Assembly: GCF_002087085.1 (NCBI RefSeq) | Contig: NZ_MWQY01000015.1 | Span: forward strand, 1-64,000 | DNA: 64,000 nt | Reading direction: 5' to 3' | Part shown: in pieces, positions 29,409 to 39,847 of the stretch | How the letters are laid out: each line of letters opens with the position of its first letter | How positions within the stretch are numbered: position 1 is the first letter of the stretch | Notes under the pieces: generated by a model | Told to the model about the DNA's origin: nothing | Seen by the model: only the letters and a program-made list of their open reading frames with translations | Database searches by the model: none | Position numbers and translations under genes: made by a program

Positions 29409-30739
29409 TCCAGCCTGCAGGTGGACCCGTACTTGTCAAAATCAATCCAGTCGATGCCCAGGGGTGAGGGAGGAAGCGCTCCCCGTTTATACATCCCCGG
29501 AGTCTCCTGCTGCAGGGTGGGGGTAAATTTTTCCCAGGAGAGTTCCGTTTCTTCCGCACTGACAAAAAGCGTCCGGTCACCCCGGATGGCATCGAGCAGG
29601 AGCCTCTGGTAGGCTTCGGGGATCTCGGCATCCAGAAAACTCGAGGAATAACAGAAGGTCATGTTGGTTGAGCTGATCCTTCCGCTGCCTCCGGGTTCCC
29701 TGGCGATAAAATCCATTACAATCCCGGCATCGGGCTGAATATTGAAGATAATCTGGTTGGGCGGAATCTGCCCCTCGGTGTTATAGAGCAGATGGGGACC
29801 CGGCTTGAAGCGGATCCCTATTTCCGTACCCTTTCGATGGACCGCTTTACCGGTCCGGACGTAAATGGGAATTCCGGTCCACCGATAGTTGTTTATCGTC
29901 ATCTCAAGCTCGGCATAGGTTTCGGTTTTTGAATCCTCCGGAACACCCTTCTCGTCATGGTATCCCCGGTACTGCATCTTGGCCCAGCGTTTGACCTCCA
30001 GGGCTTTGAGAATCTGCATCTTCTGTATCCGGATCTCCTCCGCTTCGAGGTTTATGGGGGCTTCCATGGTCAGGAGGGACAGAAGCTGCATCAGGTGGTT
30101 CTGTACCATGTCGCGAATAATACCGGCTCCGTCAAAGTAGGCACCCCGGTCTTCCACGCCGATATCCTCCAGGGCGTTGATCTGGATCGATTCTATATAC
30201 CGGGAGTTCCATATGGGATAAAAAACAGCGTTGGCAAAGCGGAATACCAGAATATTCTGGACCGCCTCCTTGGCAAGGTAATGGTCGATCCGGAAGATCT
30301 GGAGTTCGTGGAAGTAGCGCTGAAGATCGGCGTTGAGCTTCCGGGCACTCTCCAGGTCGTAGCCGAAGGGTTTTTCTATGATCAGGGTCGTCTCGTCCCT
30401 GAATCCCTCGCGGTGGAGCTCCGCTGCTGTATGAGCGTACACCCTTGGGGGAAGGGAGAAGAAAATAATAACCCGCCTGAATTCCCGGAGGGAAAAGATA
30501 AAGTCCCGTATGCCCTCGGTGCCCTGGTGGTAGTAAAGGAGCTTGCTGAACTCTTTATCCCGGTTGAAATGAGCGCGGAACTCCTCGTGGCTGAAGGGGG
30601 TCCGCCCAGAGCCAATTACCCGGCAGGTGTCATCGATCTCCTTCTTCTGAAAAAGACGCTCTAATGCAGGAATGAGCTTGCGCTTTGCAAGGTCTCCAGA
30701 GGCTCCCAGTATGATTATGGCTGAATCTGAAACGGGCAT
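29405..30739 (-). CDS. zwf: Glucose-6-phosphate 1-dehydrogenase
   Basis: GASGDLAKRKL.PAL, EKPFG, RIDHYLAKE, RDMVQNHLMQ, RTGK. Confidence 0.96.
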   Translation of the reverse strand: MPVSDSAIIILGASGDLAKRKLIPALERLFQKKEIDDTCRVIGSGRTPFSHEEFRAHFNRDKEFSKLLYYHQGTEGIRDFIFSLREFRRVIIFFSLPPRVYAHTAAELHREGFRDETTLIIEKPFGYDLESARKLNADLQRYFHELQIFRIDHYLAKEAVQNILVFRFANAVFYPIWNSRYIESIQINALEDIGVEDRGAYFDGAGIIRDMVQNHLMQLLSLLTMEAPINLEAEEIRIQKMQILKALEVKRWAKMQYRGYHDEKGVPEDSKTETYAELEMTINNYRWTGIPIYVRTGKAVHRKGTEIGIRFKPGPHLLYNTEGQIPPNQIIFNIQPDAGIVMDFIAREPGGSGRISSTNMTFCYSSSFLDAEIPEAYQRLLLDAIRGDRTLFVSAEETELSWEKFTPTLQQETPGMYKRGALPPSPLGIDWIDFDKYGSTCRLD

Positions 30740-30769
30740 AGGTAATCACTCTCCTGTAGAGATGTCTAT

Positions 30770-30798
30770 AAGATAGAAAGAAGAGGCAATACTGGCAA
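30770..30798 (-). promoter_or_regulatory. sigma70 promoter of zwf
   Basis: TTGCCA-17-TATCTT upstream of an AGGAG SD. Confidence 0.6.
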
Positions 30799-30822
30799 GG
30801 GGTGGATAAGGTATAAAGGGGA

Positions 30823-30933
30823 AAGGTCATAGAGCCCGCCGGAACGAGGTACGTTGATTCAGATTGAAGTGCAGCATGTACCCCGGAAGAGGAGCTGAAG
30901 GTGCGCAAGCTGCTCCGGCAAGCTCCCTGACTT
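30823..30933 (-). ncRNA. Candidate ~110-nt structured small RNA of unknown family
   Basis: 5' and 3' ends form a 20-bp stem (19 pairs, 4 G-U) enclosing two hairpins. Its own TTGATG-17-TATACT promoter ends 5-6 nt before the stem. Confidence 0.6.
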
Positions 30934-30938
30934 CCGGC

Positions 30939-30967
30939 AGTATAGGTGAATTGTAAAAAAACATCAA
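30939..30967 (-). promoter_or_regulatory. sigma70 promoter of the candidate sRNA
   Basis: TTGATG (30967-30962)-17-TATACT (30944-30939). Confidence 0.6.
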
Positions 30968-31008
30968 GAGTAAATAGAGAAAATTTATAAATCGCTTAAA
31001 ACCCCTGT

Positions 31009-31698
31009 TCAGGCAAGGATGTGATAATAGATCCCCAGGTAAAAGAAAATCGAACCGGCCAGAACAAAGAGGTGCCATATTCCATGATGATAGGGAAGCC
31101 GCTTCTGGGCATAGAACGCGACGCCTATCGTGTAACTCAAGCCCCCGGCCAGGGCCCAGAAAAGGAATTCCCGGGGAATTCGCGTCACCACCGGCTGCCA
31201 GAAGAAGACGATAAGCCAGCCCATGGCCAGGTAGACCGCTACATGGAAGATTTTGAATCGGTTCCAGAAGAGCAGCTTTATTACAAAACCGACAGCTACT
31301 ATTGCCCAGAGAATGGTTAAAATGACGGGGCCTTCGGGCTCCCAGATCCGAAAAGCAACCGGGGTATAGGTACCGGCTATAAGGAGGTAGATGGCCAGGT
31401 GATCAAAGATGCGTCCAATGCGCTTTGCTGTGTCCTGTTTTACCCAGTGATACACGGCGGAGGAACCGTAGAGGACCAGCATGGAGAGGGAGTAGGCCGA
31501 AGCGCTGAAGATCATCCAGGGGCGACCCCCCTCAATGGCCCGCATAACGAGGGGTACTGTACCGATAAAGGCAAGAATGAAACCTGCAAGATGGGTAAGG
31601 GCGTTAATTTTTTCGTCCCGGGGGGACTGGTCTGATTTCAAGGGAATTCTGCTTGTAAGCCAGCGATGAAATCTGCCGGCATCTTCGTGATTATTCAT
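31009..31698 (-). CDS. Hemolysin III / PAQR family membrane protein
   Basis: E..NALTH, SSAVYH, FDHLAIYLLIAGTYTP, HGIWHLFVLAG. ATG 31698. Confidence 0.93.
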   Translation of the reverse strand: MNNHEDAGRFHRWLTSRIPLKSDQSPRDEKINALTHLAGFILAFIGTVPLVMRAIEGGRPWMIFSASAYSLSMLVLYGSSAVYHWVKQDTAKRIGRIFDHLAIYLLIAGTYTPVAFRIWEPEGPVILTILWAIVAVGFVIKLLFWNRFKIFHVAVYLAMGWLIVFFWQPVVTRIPREFLFWALAGGLSYTIGVAFYAQKRLPYHHGIWHLFVLAGSIFFYLGIYYHILA

Positions 31699-31808
31699 TG
31701 TCTCTATGCTACACGGATACGGCAATCAGTACAATTGCCTGTGTTAAATGATGCTCCCGTCGTCCAATTCTGTTGCAATTCCGGGCCTTCCGGATATACC
31801 CTTAAGGT

Positions 31809-33236
31809 ATGAAACAGTCTGTAAACCTGACAAAAACAAAGATTATCGGGACCATCGGACCTGCGTCCAACAGTGTTCCGGTGCTGGAAAAAATGATTGA
31901 AGCGGGACTCGATATCGTGAGACTGAATTTCTCCCATGGCGATCATGAGTTTCACGCCCAGGCTGTGGAGAACGTGCAGGCCGCGGTCGCCTCTACCGGA
32001 CGTCCCGTGGCGATCCTTGCCGATCTCTGCGGTCCGAAGATCAGGCTGGGGGACCTGGAAGCGGATATCCCGGTCACTGCCGGAGATGATCTTGTTATTA
32101 CAACCGAAAAATTCGTCGGTGTTCCCGGCAGGGTCCCCACCGCCTATAAAAGACTGGCGGAGGATGTAAACCCCGGAGATACTATTCTGATTGACGACGG
32201 GCTCATCCGGCTGGAGGTCCGCTCAACCTCGGGGAGCGACGTCCACTGCAAGGTGAAGAACTCCGGGGTTCTGAAGTCACGCAAGGGCATCAATCTTCCG
32301 GGCGTAAAGGTAAGCGCCTCCTCGATTTCTGAAAAGGACAAGAACGACCTGGAGTTTATAATCAGCCAGCCCATAGACTTTGTGGCCCTCTCTTTTGTCC
32401 GCAGCCGGGACGATATAAAGGAGCTCCGCTGGCTGCTGAAAGACCGGGGAAAACTGCTACCCATAATTGCCAAGATCGAAAAACCGGAAGCCGTGGCGGA
32501 TATTGACGGTATCGTCGCTGAAGCCGACGTGATCATGGTTGCCCGGGGCGACCTGGGGGTGGAGATGCCCACCCAGGACGTACCCCTTCTGCAGAAGATG
32601 ATTATCGAAAAGTGCAACATGCACAACACTCCGGTCATAACCGCGACCCAGATGCTGGAATCGATGATAACGAATCCCAGGCCGACCAGGGCTGAGGCCA
32701 GTGATGTTGCCAACGCTGTATTTGACGGTACCGATGCGGTCATGCTCTCCGCGGAGACCTCCGTGGGAATCAGCCCTGTGGATTCGGTGGGAATAATGGA
32801 CCAGATAGTCTCCGCCGCTGAAAGCAGGCCGGAGCTTCTTAAAAAGTCGTCTTTCCTGAAAAAGGACCATGTTCTCAGCGATGCGGAGAACATCTGCCGG
32901 GCGGCCTGTATCATGGCGGAAGAAGCCCATGCTTCGGCGATTATCGCCATTACCAAGAGAGGGAGAACCGCCCGGATGCTCTCCAAGTACAGGATCTCCC
33001 TGCCCATCATTGCCTTCACGGAAACAGAGGAGACCCTGCGCTACATGAAAATACTCTGGGGCGTACAGGGCGAAATCATGGACAATGTGGGTGAGACCGA
33101 TGCCACCCTCCAGAAGGCGCGAAAACTGGCCCTCGATCTGGGACATGTAAAGCGGGGTGACAAGGTTGTCTATGTAGCGGGGATACCCCTCATCGAGAGT
33201 CCCAGCGCCAACATGCTGAAAACCGAAACGGTATAA
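31809..33236 (+). CDS. pyk: Pyruvate kinase
   Basis: TKIIGTIGPAS, RLNFSHG, IAKIEK, MVARGDLGVE, ATQMLESM, PTRAE.SDVANA. Confidence 0.97.
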   Translation: MKQSVNLTKTKIIGTIGPASNSVPVLEKMIEAGLDIVRLNFSHGDHEFHAQAVENVQAAVASTGRPVAILADLCGPKIRLGDLEADIPVTAGDDLVITTEKFVGVPGRVPTAYKRLAEDVNPGDTILIDDGLIRLEVRSTSGSDVHCKVKNSGVLKSRKGINLPGVKVSASSISEKDKNDLEFIISQPIDFVALSFVRSRDDIKELRWLLKDRGKLLPIIAKIEKPEAVADIDGIVAEADVIMVARGDLGVEMPTQDVPLLQKMIIEKCNMHNTPVITATQMLESMITNPRPTRAEASDVANAVFDGTDAVMLSAETSVGISPVDSVGIMDQIVSAAESRPELLKKSSFLKKDHVLSDAENICRAACIMAEEAHASAIIAITKRGRTARMLSKYRISLPIIAFTETEETLRYMKILWGVQGEIMDNVGETDATLQKARKLALDLGHVKRGDKVVYVAGIPLIESPSANMLKTETV

Positions 33237-33238
33237 GC

Positions 33239-34186
33239 GTGTCGCCCAGGCTGACGATCATCGCCCCCCACGAGGAGGGGGGCACCCTGATCAGCTGGCT
33301 TTCAGGACGTTTCACCTACCGTGATCCTTCCGGATGGGAGACGGAGATACGGGACCGTCGGATACTGGTCGACGGAATGCCCGCCGAGGGTTCACTGGAG
33401 TTGCGCCGCGGCATGATCGTCAGCTACGAACCCCCGGCAATTCCGGAACCGGAAGTAAACAGGGCGTATCGGATTCTACTGGAGGACCCTGATTTTCTGG
33501 TGGTCAACAAACCCCCGGACCTGCCGGTCCATCCCGGGGGGATCTATCTGAATAATACCCTGCAGAGCATGCTGGCGGCGGAATACGGCCAGGTCTATCT
33601 GATAAGCCGCCTCGATCGGGAGACCTCCGGTCTTATGCTGGTCGCCTTGAACCCGGAAAGTGCCGATTACCTCTATCGCCGGCAGCGGGAGCGCCGGATT
33701 TACAAGGAGTACCTTTGTCTTGTACACGGGAGTTTTCCGGACTACCTGGATGCCACAGGCTGGCTGGTGAAATCCGGCACGAGCGCTGTGAGGAAAAAAC
33801 GAACCTTTCTCCCGGATTCCGCAGCGGAAGATCCCGGTGATGCCGGAAGCCCCGGAAGAAGCTACTGCCGTACCGAGTTCTTCTGCGAAGCCGTAAAAGA
33901 TGGATTCTCCCTGCTGCGCTGCAGGCTCCATACCGGCAAGACTCACCAGATCCGGGCAAGTCTCTGTTCCCTTGGATTCCCTGTGGCGGGGGATAAAATC
34001 TATGGCCTCGATGAGACGATGTTTCTTCGCTTTATCAAGGGCGTGCTGGATGACAGGGACCGGCGCCGCCTGATTCTGCCGCATCAGGCGCTTTTCAGCC
34101 GGCGACTTGTTTTTACTCCCCGGTCATCAGCGGAGACTGTGGATATATGCGCGGAAATCCCGTCCTGGGCTCAGGGACTCTCCTGA
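33239..34186 (+). CDS. RluA family RNA pseudouridine synthase
   Basis: VVNKP..LPVHP, RLDRETSG, TGKTHQIR, GDKIYG. Confidence 0.93.
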   Translation: MSPRLTIIAPHEEGGTLISWLSGRFTYRDPSGWETEIRDRRILVDGMPAEGSLELRRGMIVSYEPPAIPEPEVNRAYRILLEDPDFLVVNKPPDLPVHPGGIYLNNTLQSMLAAEYGQVYLISRLDRETSGLMLVALNPESADYLYRRQRERRIYKEYLCLVHGSFPDYLDATGWLVKSGTSAVRKKRTFLPDSAAEDPGDAGSPGRSYCRTEFFCEAVKDGFSLLRCRLHTGKTHQIRASLCSLGFPVAGDKIYGLDETMFLRFIKGVLDDRDRRRLILPHQALFSRRLVFTPRSSAETVDICAEIPSWAQGLS

Positions 34187-36435
34187 AAATCACCTTTTTT
34201 GCGAATTTCAGATTCCGCTTCCGCCGGATCCTCTCCTTTTAACTTGAAGATCCCCATATTCTCATTGATCCGGGCAATACTCATTGCTGTATGCTCCGCC
34301 GATTCAACCGCCTTGTCCACGGTATGCCTGATTGCTTCGTTGTTGTTAAGGACATTTCCGATACTCTGCTGAATCTCTTCACTGTTTTTACTGAGAACCT
34401 CAACTTCTGTCGCAATCTTTCTGGCCAGCACGGAAACGCTCTCCGCTTCCCGGTCTATCTCGAGGGAGGCGGTTTCCATCTCTCCAAGGGAGGCAAGAAT
34501 CTGATTGCTCCCGGCCCCCTGCTCTTCCAGGGAGAGTTTAACCTCCTCCTCGATCCGGGTTATGGTTCCGATAAGCCCCTGGATTTCGCCGAAGTTCTTT
34601 CCCGCTTCCTGGGAAGATCTCGCGATGGCGCTTATGATGTCGACGATTTCCTTGAGGATCTTCTCGACTCCCCGGGACTGATCTGCGGTGTTTTCGGAGA
34701 GTTTTCGTATCTCGTCCGCTACTACCGCGAATCCCTTGCCGGCTTCCCCTGCATGGGCTGCTTCGATGGCGGCATTCATGGCGAGCATGTTTGTCTGGGT
34801 CGCAATGTTGGAGATAACCATGTTGGTTTCCAGGAGGGATTCGGACTGACTGTGTATCTCCTGGATACGGCGGATTACGGTAGTAAGGAGGTCTTCCCCC
34901 AGGGCGGATGATCTGTTCAGCTGACGGTAATATTCGCTGGATCGAACGACATTCTCCGTTACCGAGTGCAGTCCCGCCAGGGTCTCTTCTATGGCTGCCA
35001 CGGACTGGGAAATAAGCTGTGATTCGTTTCCTGACCGCTGTTCCAGGCTGGTAATATTTTCCAGGATCTTATCCAGAGACCGGGAGGTTTCCCCGAGTCC
35101 CCGGGTAATATCCGAGGCCTTCATCAGGACGCTGTTGATGGCCCGGGAATTATCCGCAAAGGCGCTGTCGGTATTCTCCGTTTCCCTGGCAAGTTCATCC
35201 GCCTCGTTCCGGAGTTCCGCCATCGCGCTTTTGATCTCCCGCAGGGTACTGCTGAGGGAGGCGGTAAAGCGGTTGAACCCCTGGGCGAGTCTTCCGGTTT
35301 CGTCCCGGGCGGTGATATGTACCTCCCGCCGCAGATCCCCGCCGGAAATGGTTTCGAACGCCCCAGTGAGGATTCCCAGGGGGCGGCTGACGCGGCTGGC
35401 AATGAGTATGATGATGAGGGTGAGTACCACAAGAATTACGGCGCTGGTTATCATGAGGCTGATATAAATCTGTCGTGGTACGGCGTATATATGCTCCCGG
35501 GGGATGGATACGATGTATATCCACGGTTCAATACCCTCCCCGATGTTTATGGGCTCGATCATCTGCAGGAACTCCTGATCCCCGATCTGTACCATTATCC
35601 GGGAATTTTCCGAACTGCTCTCCTTTTCACCGCCGGTGGCTTCAGAGGCTGCGCTTACGGTGTCCGTGGAGTGGGACTCCGACAGGTAGGTTCCTTCCTT
35701 CCCGGAAAGGCTGTCCGCCAGAAGCAGCCCCGTCTCCGTGGCTATGGTGGATTTACCCCGACTTTTACTGTCTATAGTGCTGAGGATCCGGTTAAAGAAA
35801 TCGATGGAAAAGTCCGCCCCCACCACGCCTATTACCTCCCCTTCGGGATTATGGACCGCCCGGGAGGCGGAGATCATCTGTACGGAATAACCCTCCCGTA
35901 TCTCTTCTTCGTAGGGATCGCTTATGCGGATTCCAGGGCTGTTCCGGGGAAGCGCATAGTAATCATCCTGATAGGACTCCGCTCCCCAGGCCTCGAGATT
36001 AAGCTCCACGCGGTTCGACGCGTTTCGATAAGCCCATACAGCGTAATTACCCAGCTCGTCATATTCTCCGGTGTTGGCGAACCGGGCGTCCCGTCCGTCC
36101 CAGGCATCGGGTTCGAAAAGGACCCACAGCGAGAAAATCGAGTCGTAGTCTTCCAGAATTCGTGCAAACAGAGGCGGAAGGATCTCCCGGTCCGTACGGT
36201 TTTCGCTTTTGAAAACCTCTATCAGGTCCCTGGAGCTGTTTAAGAGTCCCAGGGCCTTGTTCAGTTCCCCTTCGACGGCCGCGGCTCCTTCCCGGGAATA
36301 CTGAAAGGCACTCATGTAGGCGTACTCGTTCAGCACATTAACAATACGACTGCTGATCAGTCCGAAGAAGACGATTAACAGGGCGAGGGTACTCCCCAGA
36401 AGGAGTATAAGCATTTTGTTTCTCAATGTTTTCAT
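34171..36435 (-). CDS. Methyl-accepting chemotaxis protein with dCache sensor and HAMP
   Basis: Two TM segments, Cache motif (DYY..P...ISDPY), HAMP (GDL...RDETG.LA..FN), [36 protein letters not shown]. Confidence 0.96.
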   Translation of the reverse strand: MKTLRNKMLILLLGSTLALLIVFFGLISSRIVNVLNEYAYMSAFQYSREGAAAVEGELNKALGLLNSSRDLIEVFKSENRTDREILPPLFARILEDYDSIFSLWVLFEPDAWDGRDARFANTGEYDELGNYAVWAYRNASNRVELNLEAWGAESYQDDYYALPRNSPGIRISDPYEEEIREGYSVQMISASRAVHNPEGEVIGVVGADFSIDFFNRILSTIDSKSRGKSTIATETGLLLADSLSGKEGTYLSESHSTDTVSAASEATGGEKESSSENSRIMVQIGDQEFLQMIEPINIGEGIEPWIYIVSIPREHIYAVPRQIYISLMITSAVILVVLTLIIILIASRVSRPLGILTGAFETISGGDLRREVHITARDETGRLAQGFNRFTASLSSTLREIKSAMAELRNEADELARETENTDSAFADNSRAINSVLMKASDITRGLGETSRSLDKILENITSLEQRSGNESQLISQSVAAIEETLAGLHSVTENVVRSSEYYRQLNRSSALGEDLLTTVIRRIQEIHSQSESLLETNMVISNIATQTNMLAMNAAIEAAHAGEAGKGFAVVADEIRKLSENTADQSRGVEKILKEIVDIISAIARSSQEAGKNFGEIQGLIGTITRIEEEVKLSLEEQGAGSNQILASLGEMETASLEIDREAESVSVLARKIATEVEVLSKNSEEIQQSIGNVLNNNEAIRHTVDKAVESAEHTAMSIARINENMGIFKLKGEDPAEAESEIRKKGDFQESP

Positions 36436-36591
36436 AGAAGTTGATATATATAGTAATGATCTGTCTGTGTCGGTGCAAGAGATCTATCGCAGGGAGGATT
36501 TTTTGTCAGGAATCAGACCAATCCTCTCGAATAATAATTCGGATCATGATATAATAAGCGGTACTTAATCATTATCCGGGAAAGAATTGCC

Positions 36592-38343
36592 ATGTCAAAT
36601 GCACGCATCCCTGTAAGCCTTTCGGAGGAAAACTATCATTTAAACAAGACAATCTACGTAAGTCTTTTATCGGTTCTTGTCGGAATCGTCGCCGGTTTCG
36701 GCGCCATCGGTTTCCGGTACCTGATTGGATTTTTCCACAATCTCTTTTTTCACGGTACCCTTTCATTTATCTATGATTCGGAGGTCCCCTTCGTCAGCCG
36801 CTGGGGCTTCCTTGTAGTCCTCGTTCCCGCGGCGGGGATTGCCCTGGCCAACTGGATCACCGAAAAGTGGGCACCCGAGGCAAAGGGACACGGGGTTCCG
36901 GAGGTTATGGTGGCCGTCATGGAGCATCGCGGTGTAATCAGACCTGTCGTCGCGCTGATAAAGTCCCTTGCCTCGGCGATCAGCATCGGTGCAGGAGGCT
37001 CCGTGGGCCGGGAAGGGCCCATTGTGCAGATCGGCGCCAGCTTTGGATCCACCCTGGGGCAGGTGCTGAAACTCTCTCCCCGGGAGGTAATCATTCTCGT
37101 GGGTGCCGGTGTCGCCGGCAGCATCGGGGCCACCTTTAACGCCCCCATCGGCGGCATCATCTTTGCCATTGAGCTGATACTTCCGGAATACAGCATTATG
37201 ACTATAATGCCCCTGGTTATCTCTTCAACCATAGCTACCCATATCTCTCTGCTGATCCTTGGAAACAGCCCTGCATTCACCCTGCCCATGTATCAGTTTG
37301 TCTCATCCTATGAGCTCTCCTTCTACCTTGTACTGGGTATTCTGGCAGGTTTTGTCTCCATAGGATTTATCGCGGTTCTGTACAGAACCGAGGACTTTTT
37401 CGATGAATTACCCCTCAACTCCACAGTCAAGGCCCTTGCGGGCGGATTCCTTGTCGGCCTGATCGGGTATGTCCTTTTTCTCCTCTTCGGGGAGTACTAT
37501 GTATTTGGTGTCGGCTACGCCTTTCTTACGGAGGTTCTTGCCAACAGTGTCCCCGTTGTACTCCTTCTCGCTGCGCTGCTGGTGGCAAAGATCGCGGCAA
37601 ATGCCCTTACCCTGGCTGCCGGTGGATCCGGGGGTATCTTTGCTCCCTCCCTTTTTCTGGGGGCTGCAGTGGGGGGAGCTGTCGGTCTGACGGTCAACTC
37701 CCTGTTTCCCGAACTGACGGCCAGCCCGTCGGCCTATGCGATAGTCGGCATGGCTGCGGTTGTAGCGGGAACCACGGGGGCGAGTCTTACTGCGGTTATC
37801 ATGATTTTTGAGATGACACGAAACTACGAAATCATGCTGCCCCTGATGCTGAGCGTGGTGGTCGCCCATTTTATAACCGCAAAATTCTACCGTGAAACCA
37901 TCTATACCAAGAAGCTAACCCGGAGGGGGATAAAGATACAGCTGGATAAGCGCATACCGATTTTCCGGACAGTTCGGCTGGGGGACATCATGAAGACCAG
38001 CTTTGTTTCCTGTTCGCCCCTCTCCCGGGTCGGGGAAGTATCAAGGATGATGCATGAGAAGGCCATCGGACTGCTTCCGGTGCTCGATGGACAGAATGTT
38101 GTGGGTACCGTGAGCTATGAAGAACTTTTTCGCTCGGGCTGCCGGAAAGAGGAGACTATCGAAAAGCTATTTACCCCGAAGGACATTACAGTCGATCGAA
38201 ACAGCGACCTTTATGATGCCCTGAACAGAATGAAGAAGGAACGTACGAACCTGCTGGTCGTGACGGATTCTTCCGGAGCAGCTGGATTTGTGACCCGCAA
38301 CATGATTATTTCATCCTACCTGGCAAAACGGGAAGCCCTGTGA
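36592..38343 (+). CDS. ClC-family chloride channel/antiporter with CBS pair
   Basis: GHGVPE, GREGP, FNAP.GG..F..E, GGIFAP, IYT, and C-terminal CBS domains. Confidence 0.93.
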   Translation: MSNARIPVSLSEENYHLNKTIYVSLLSVLVGIVAGFGAIGFRYLIGFFHNLFFHGTLSFIYDSEVPFVSRWGFLVVLVPAAGIALANWITEKWAPEAKGHGVPEVMVAVMEHRGVIRPVVALIKSLASAISIGAGGSVGREGPIVQIGASFGSTLGQVLKLSPREVIILVGAGVAGSIGATFNAPIGGIIFAIELILPEYSIMTIMPLVISSTIATHISLLILGNSPAFTLPMYQFVSSYELSFYLVLGILAGFVSIGFIAVLYRTEDFFDELPLNSTVKALAGGFLVGLIGYVLFLLFGEYYVFGVGYAFLTEVLANSVPVVLLLAALLVAKIAANALTLAAGGSGGIFAPSLFLGAAVGGAVGLTVNSLFPELTASPSAYAIVGMAAVVAGTTGASLTAVIMIFEMTRNYEIMLPLMLSVVVAHFITAKFYRETIYTKKLTRRGIKIQLDKRIPIFRTVRLGDIMKTSFVSCSPLSRVGEVSRMMHEKAIGLLPVLDGQNVVGTVSYEELFRSGCRKEETIEKLFTPKDITVDRNSDLYDALNRMKKERTNLLVVTDSSGAAGFVTRNMIISSYLAKREAL

Positions 38344-38364
38344 GGGGAGAAAGGAACCGGATTC

Positions 38365-38392
38365 AAAAAAAGGGGCCTTGAGAAAGGCCCCT
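38365..38392 (-). terminator. Intrinsic terminator of the amino-acid ABC operon
   Basis: aggggcctt-gaga-aaggcccct with an A-run on the left, which is a U-tract on the - strand. Confidence 0.8.
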
Positions 38393-38402
38393 GACGCTCG
38401 TC

Positions 38403-39134
38403 TTAAAAGTTCATAACCTGCTGAAGGAACTGCCTGGTCCGTTCCTCTTTGGGGTCCGAGAAGATGACTTCCGGCGGCCCTTCCTCGATAATCTGACCTT
38501 CGTCCATGACGACAACCCGATGGGCCGCTTCCTTGGCGAACCAGATTTCATGGGTAACTACGGCCATGGTCATTCCGTCTTTGGCAAGGTCCGCCATGAC
38601 ATTTATTACCTCCCCCACGAGTTCGGGGTCCAGTGCGGAGGTGGGTTCATCGAAGAGCATAACCCCCGGGTTCATTGAGAGGGCCCTGGCGATTGCAACC
38701 CGCTGTTTCTGCCCCCCCGAGAGCATGGAGGGGTAGGCCTCCGCCTTGTCGGAAAGTCCGACCTTCTCAAGCAGTTCAAGTCCTTCTTTTTCGGCTTTGG
38801 CTTTGGGTATACCCTTTACCTGGGTGGGCCCTTCGATAACGTTGCCCAGAACCGTCTTGTGGGGAAAAAGGTGAAAGTGCTGAAACACCATACCCACGTC
38901 CCGGCGGACTGCATTAATATCGTGTTTTTTTGCGTGGATAACCCGGCCGTTCATGCTGATGCTTCCTTTCTGGGGAATTTCCAGAAAATTGATGCATCGC
39001 AGCAGGGTGCTTTTTCCGGAACCACTGGGGCCGATGATTACCACCACCTCGTTTTCCCTGATGGTAAGATCTATCCCCTTGAGGACGTGCAGGTCGCCGA
39101 ACCATTTATGTATGTTCTTCAATTCCACTACCAT
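38403..39134 (-). CDS. Polar amino acid ABC transporter ATP-binding protein
   Basis: [35 protein letters not shown]. Confidence 0.96.
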   Translation of the reverse strand: MVVELKNIHKWFGDLHVLKGIDLTIRENEVVVIIGPSGSGKSTLLRCINFLEIPQKGSISMNGRVIHAKKHDINAVRRDVGMVFQHFHLFPHKTVLGNVIEGPTQVKGIPKAKAEKEGLELLEKVGLSDKAEAYPSMLSGGQKQRVAIARALSMNPGVMLFDEPTSALDPELVGEVINVMADLAKDGMTMAVVTHEIWFAKEAAHRVVVMDEGQIIEEGPPEVIFSDPKEERTRQFLQQVMNF

Positions 39135-39835
39135 ATTTTCCCCTGCTCCCTGCTTCCCAGAGCGAAGCGTTTTTCCGTTTTGCTGACAATGACATAGAAA
39201 ATGGTGGTCAGAATAAGATAGTAGATTGCCACGATTACCAGCATCTCCATGTATTTGAAGGACGACGAACCCAGCTGACGTCCTTTGAGGAGCAGTTCGG
39301 GAACCGTTACCGTACTGGCCAGGGATGAGTCCTTCAATGCTATGATGAACTGATTTCCCAAAGGCGGAATGGCCCGTTTGAAGGCCTGGGGCATGATAAT
39401 CCTGCTCATTGCCTTGGAGTGGGTCATCCCGATTGAACGGGCGGCTTCCATCTGGCCGCGATCAATTGACTGAATGGATCCGCGGAAAATCTCGGCTATG
39501 TACGCCCCGTTGTGGACCGCCAGGGCAATTACCGCCGAGGGGAAAGGAGGAATCGTTACCAGGGCTGTCAGTCCGTAGTAGATAATAAAGAGCTGCAGCA
39601 AAAGGGGAGTTCCACGGATTACGAATATGTATATTTGGGCGGTATACTGGAAAAAACGATTGTGGGATATCCGAAAAAGGGCCATTACAAGGCCGATTAT
39701 CATACCGACGATGATCCCCATGGCGGTGATCGTCAGGGTTACCGCAGCGGCCTCCCAGAAGAAGGGAAACCGCTTGACGATAATTGACAGATCCCAGGGA
39801 AACTTCGAAATCAGCGTGTCCAACAGATCAGTCAA
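39128..39835 (-). CDS. Polar amino acid ABC transporter permease
   Basis: [31 protein letters not shown]. Confidence 0.95.
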   Translation of the reverse strand: MTDLLDTLISKFPWDLSIIVKRFPFFWEAAAVTLTITAMGIIVGMIIGLVMALFRISHNRFFQYTAQIYIFVIRGTPLLLQLFIIYYGLTALVTIPPFPSAVIALAVHNGAYIAEIFRGSIQSIDRGQMEAARSIGMTHSKAMSRIIMPQAFKRAIPPLGNQFIIALKDSSLASTVTVPELLLKGRQLGSSSFKYMEMLVIVAIYYLILTTIFYVIVSKTEKRFALGSREQGKIW

Positions 39836-39847
39836 TGGCGTATCCTC

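Noticed and set aside
30871..30900. CCGGAAGAGGAGC on the + strand, superficially like the SRP RNA domain IV loop
   Set aside because: It lacks the CAGG...GGAA...AGCA symmetric-loop context, and the G-U pattern favours the opposite strand.
30915..30935. GAAGTCAGGGAGCTTGCC on the - strand, resembling the 3' end of a cobalamin riboswitch
   Set aside because: The upstream conserved core (AGGGAA, GCAACTGT, GCCACTG) is absent, and a promoter sits immediately 5' of it.
30827..31078. 83-aa ORF over the sRNA candidate
   Set aside because: It overlaps the hemolysin III 3' end out of frame, crosses a promoter, and has no SD or recognisable features.
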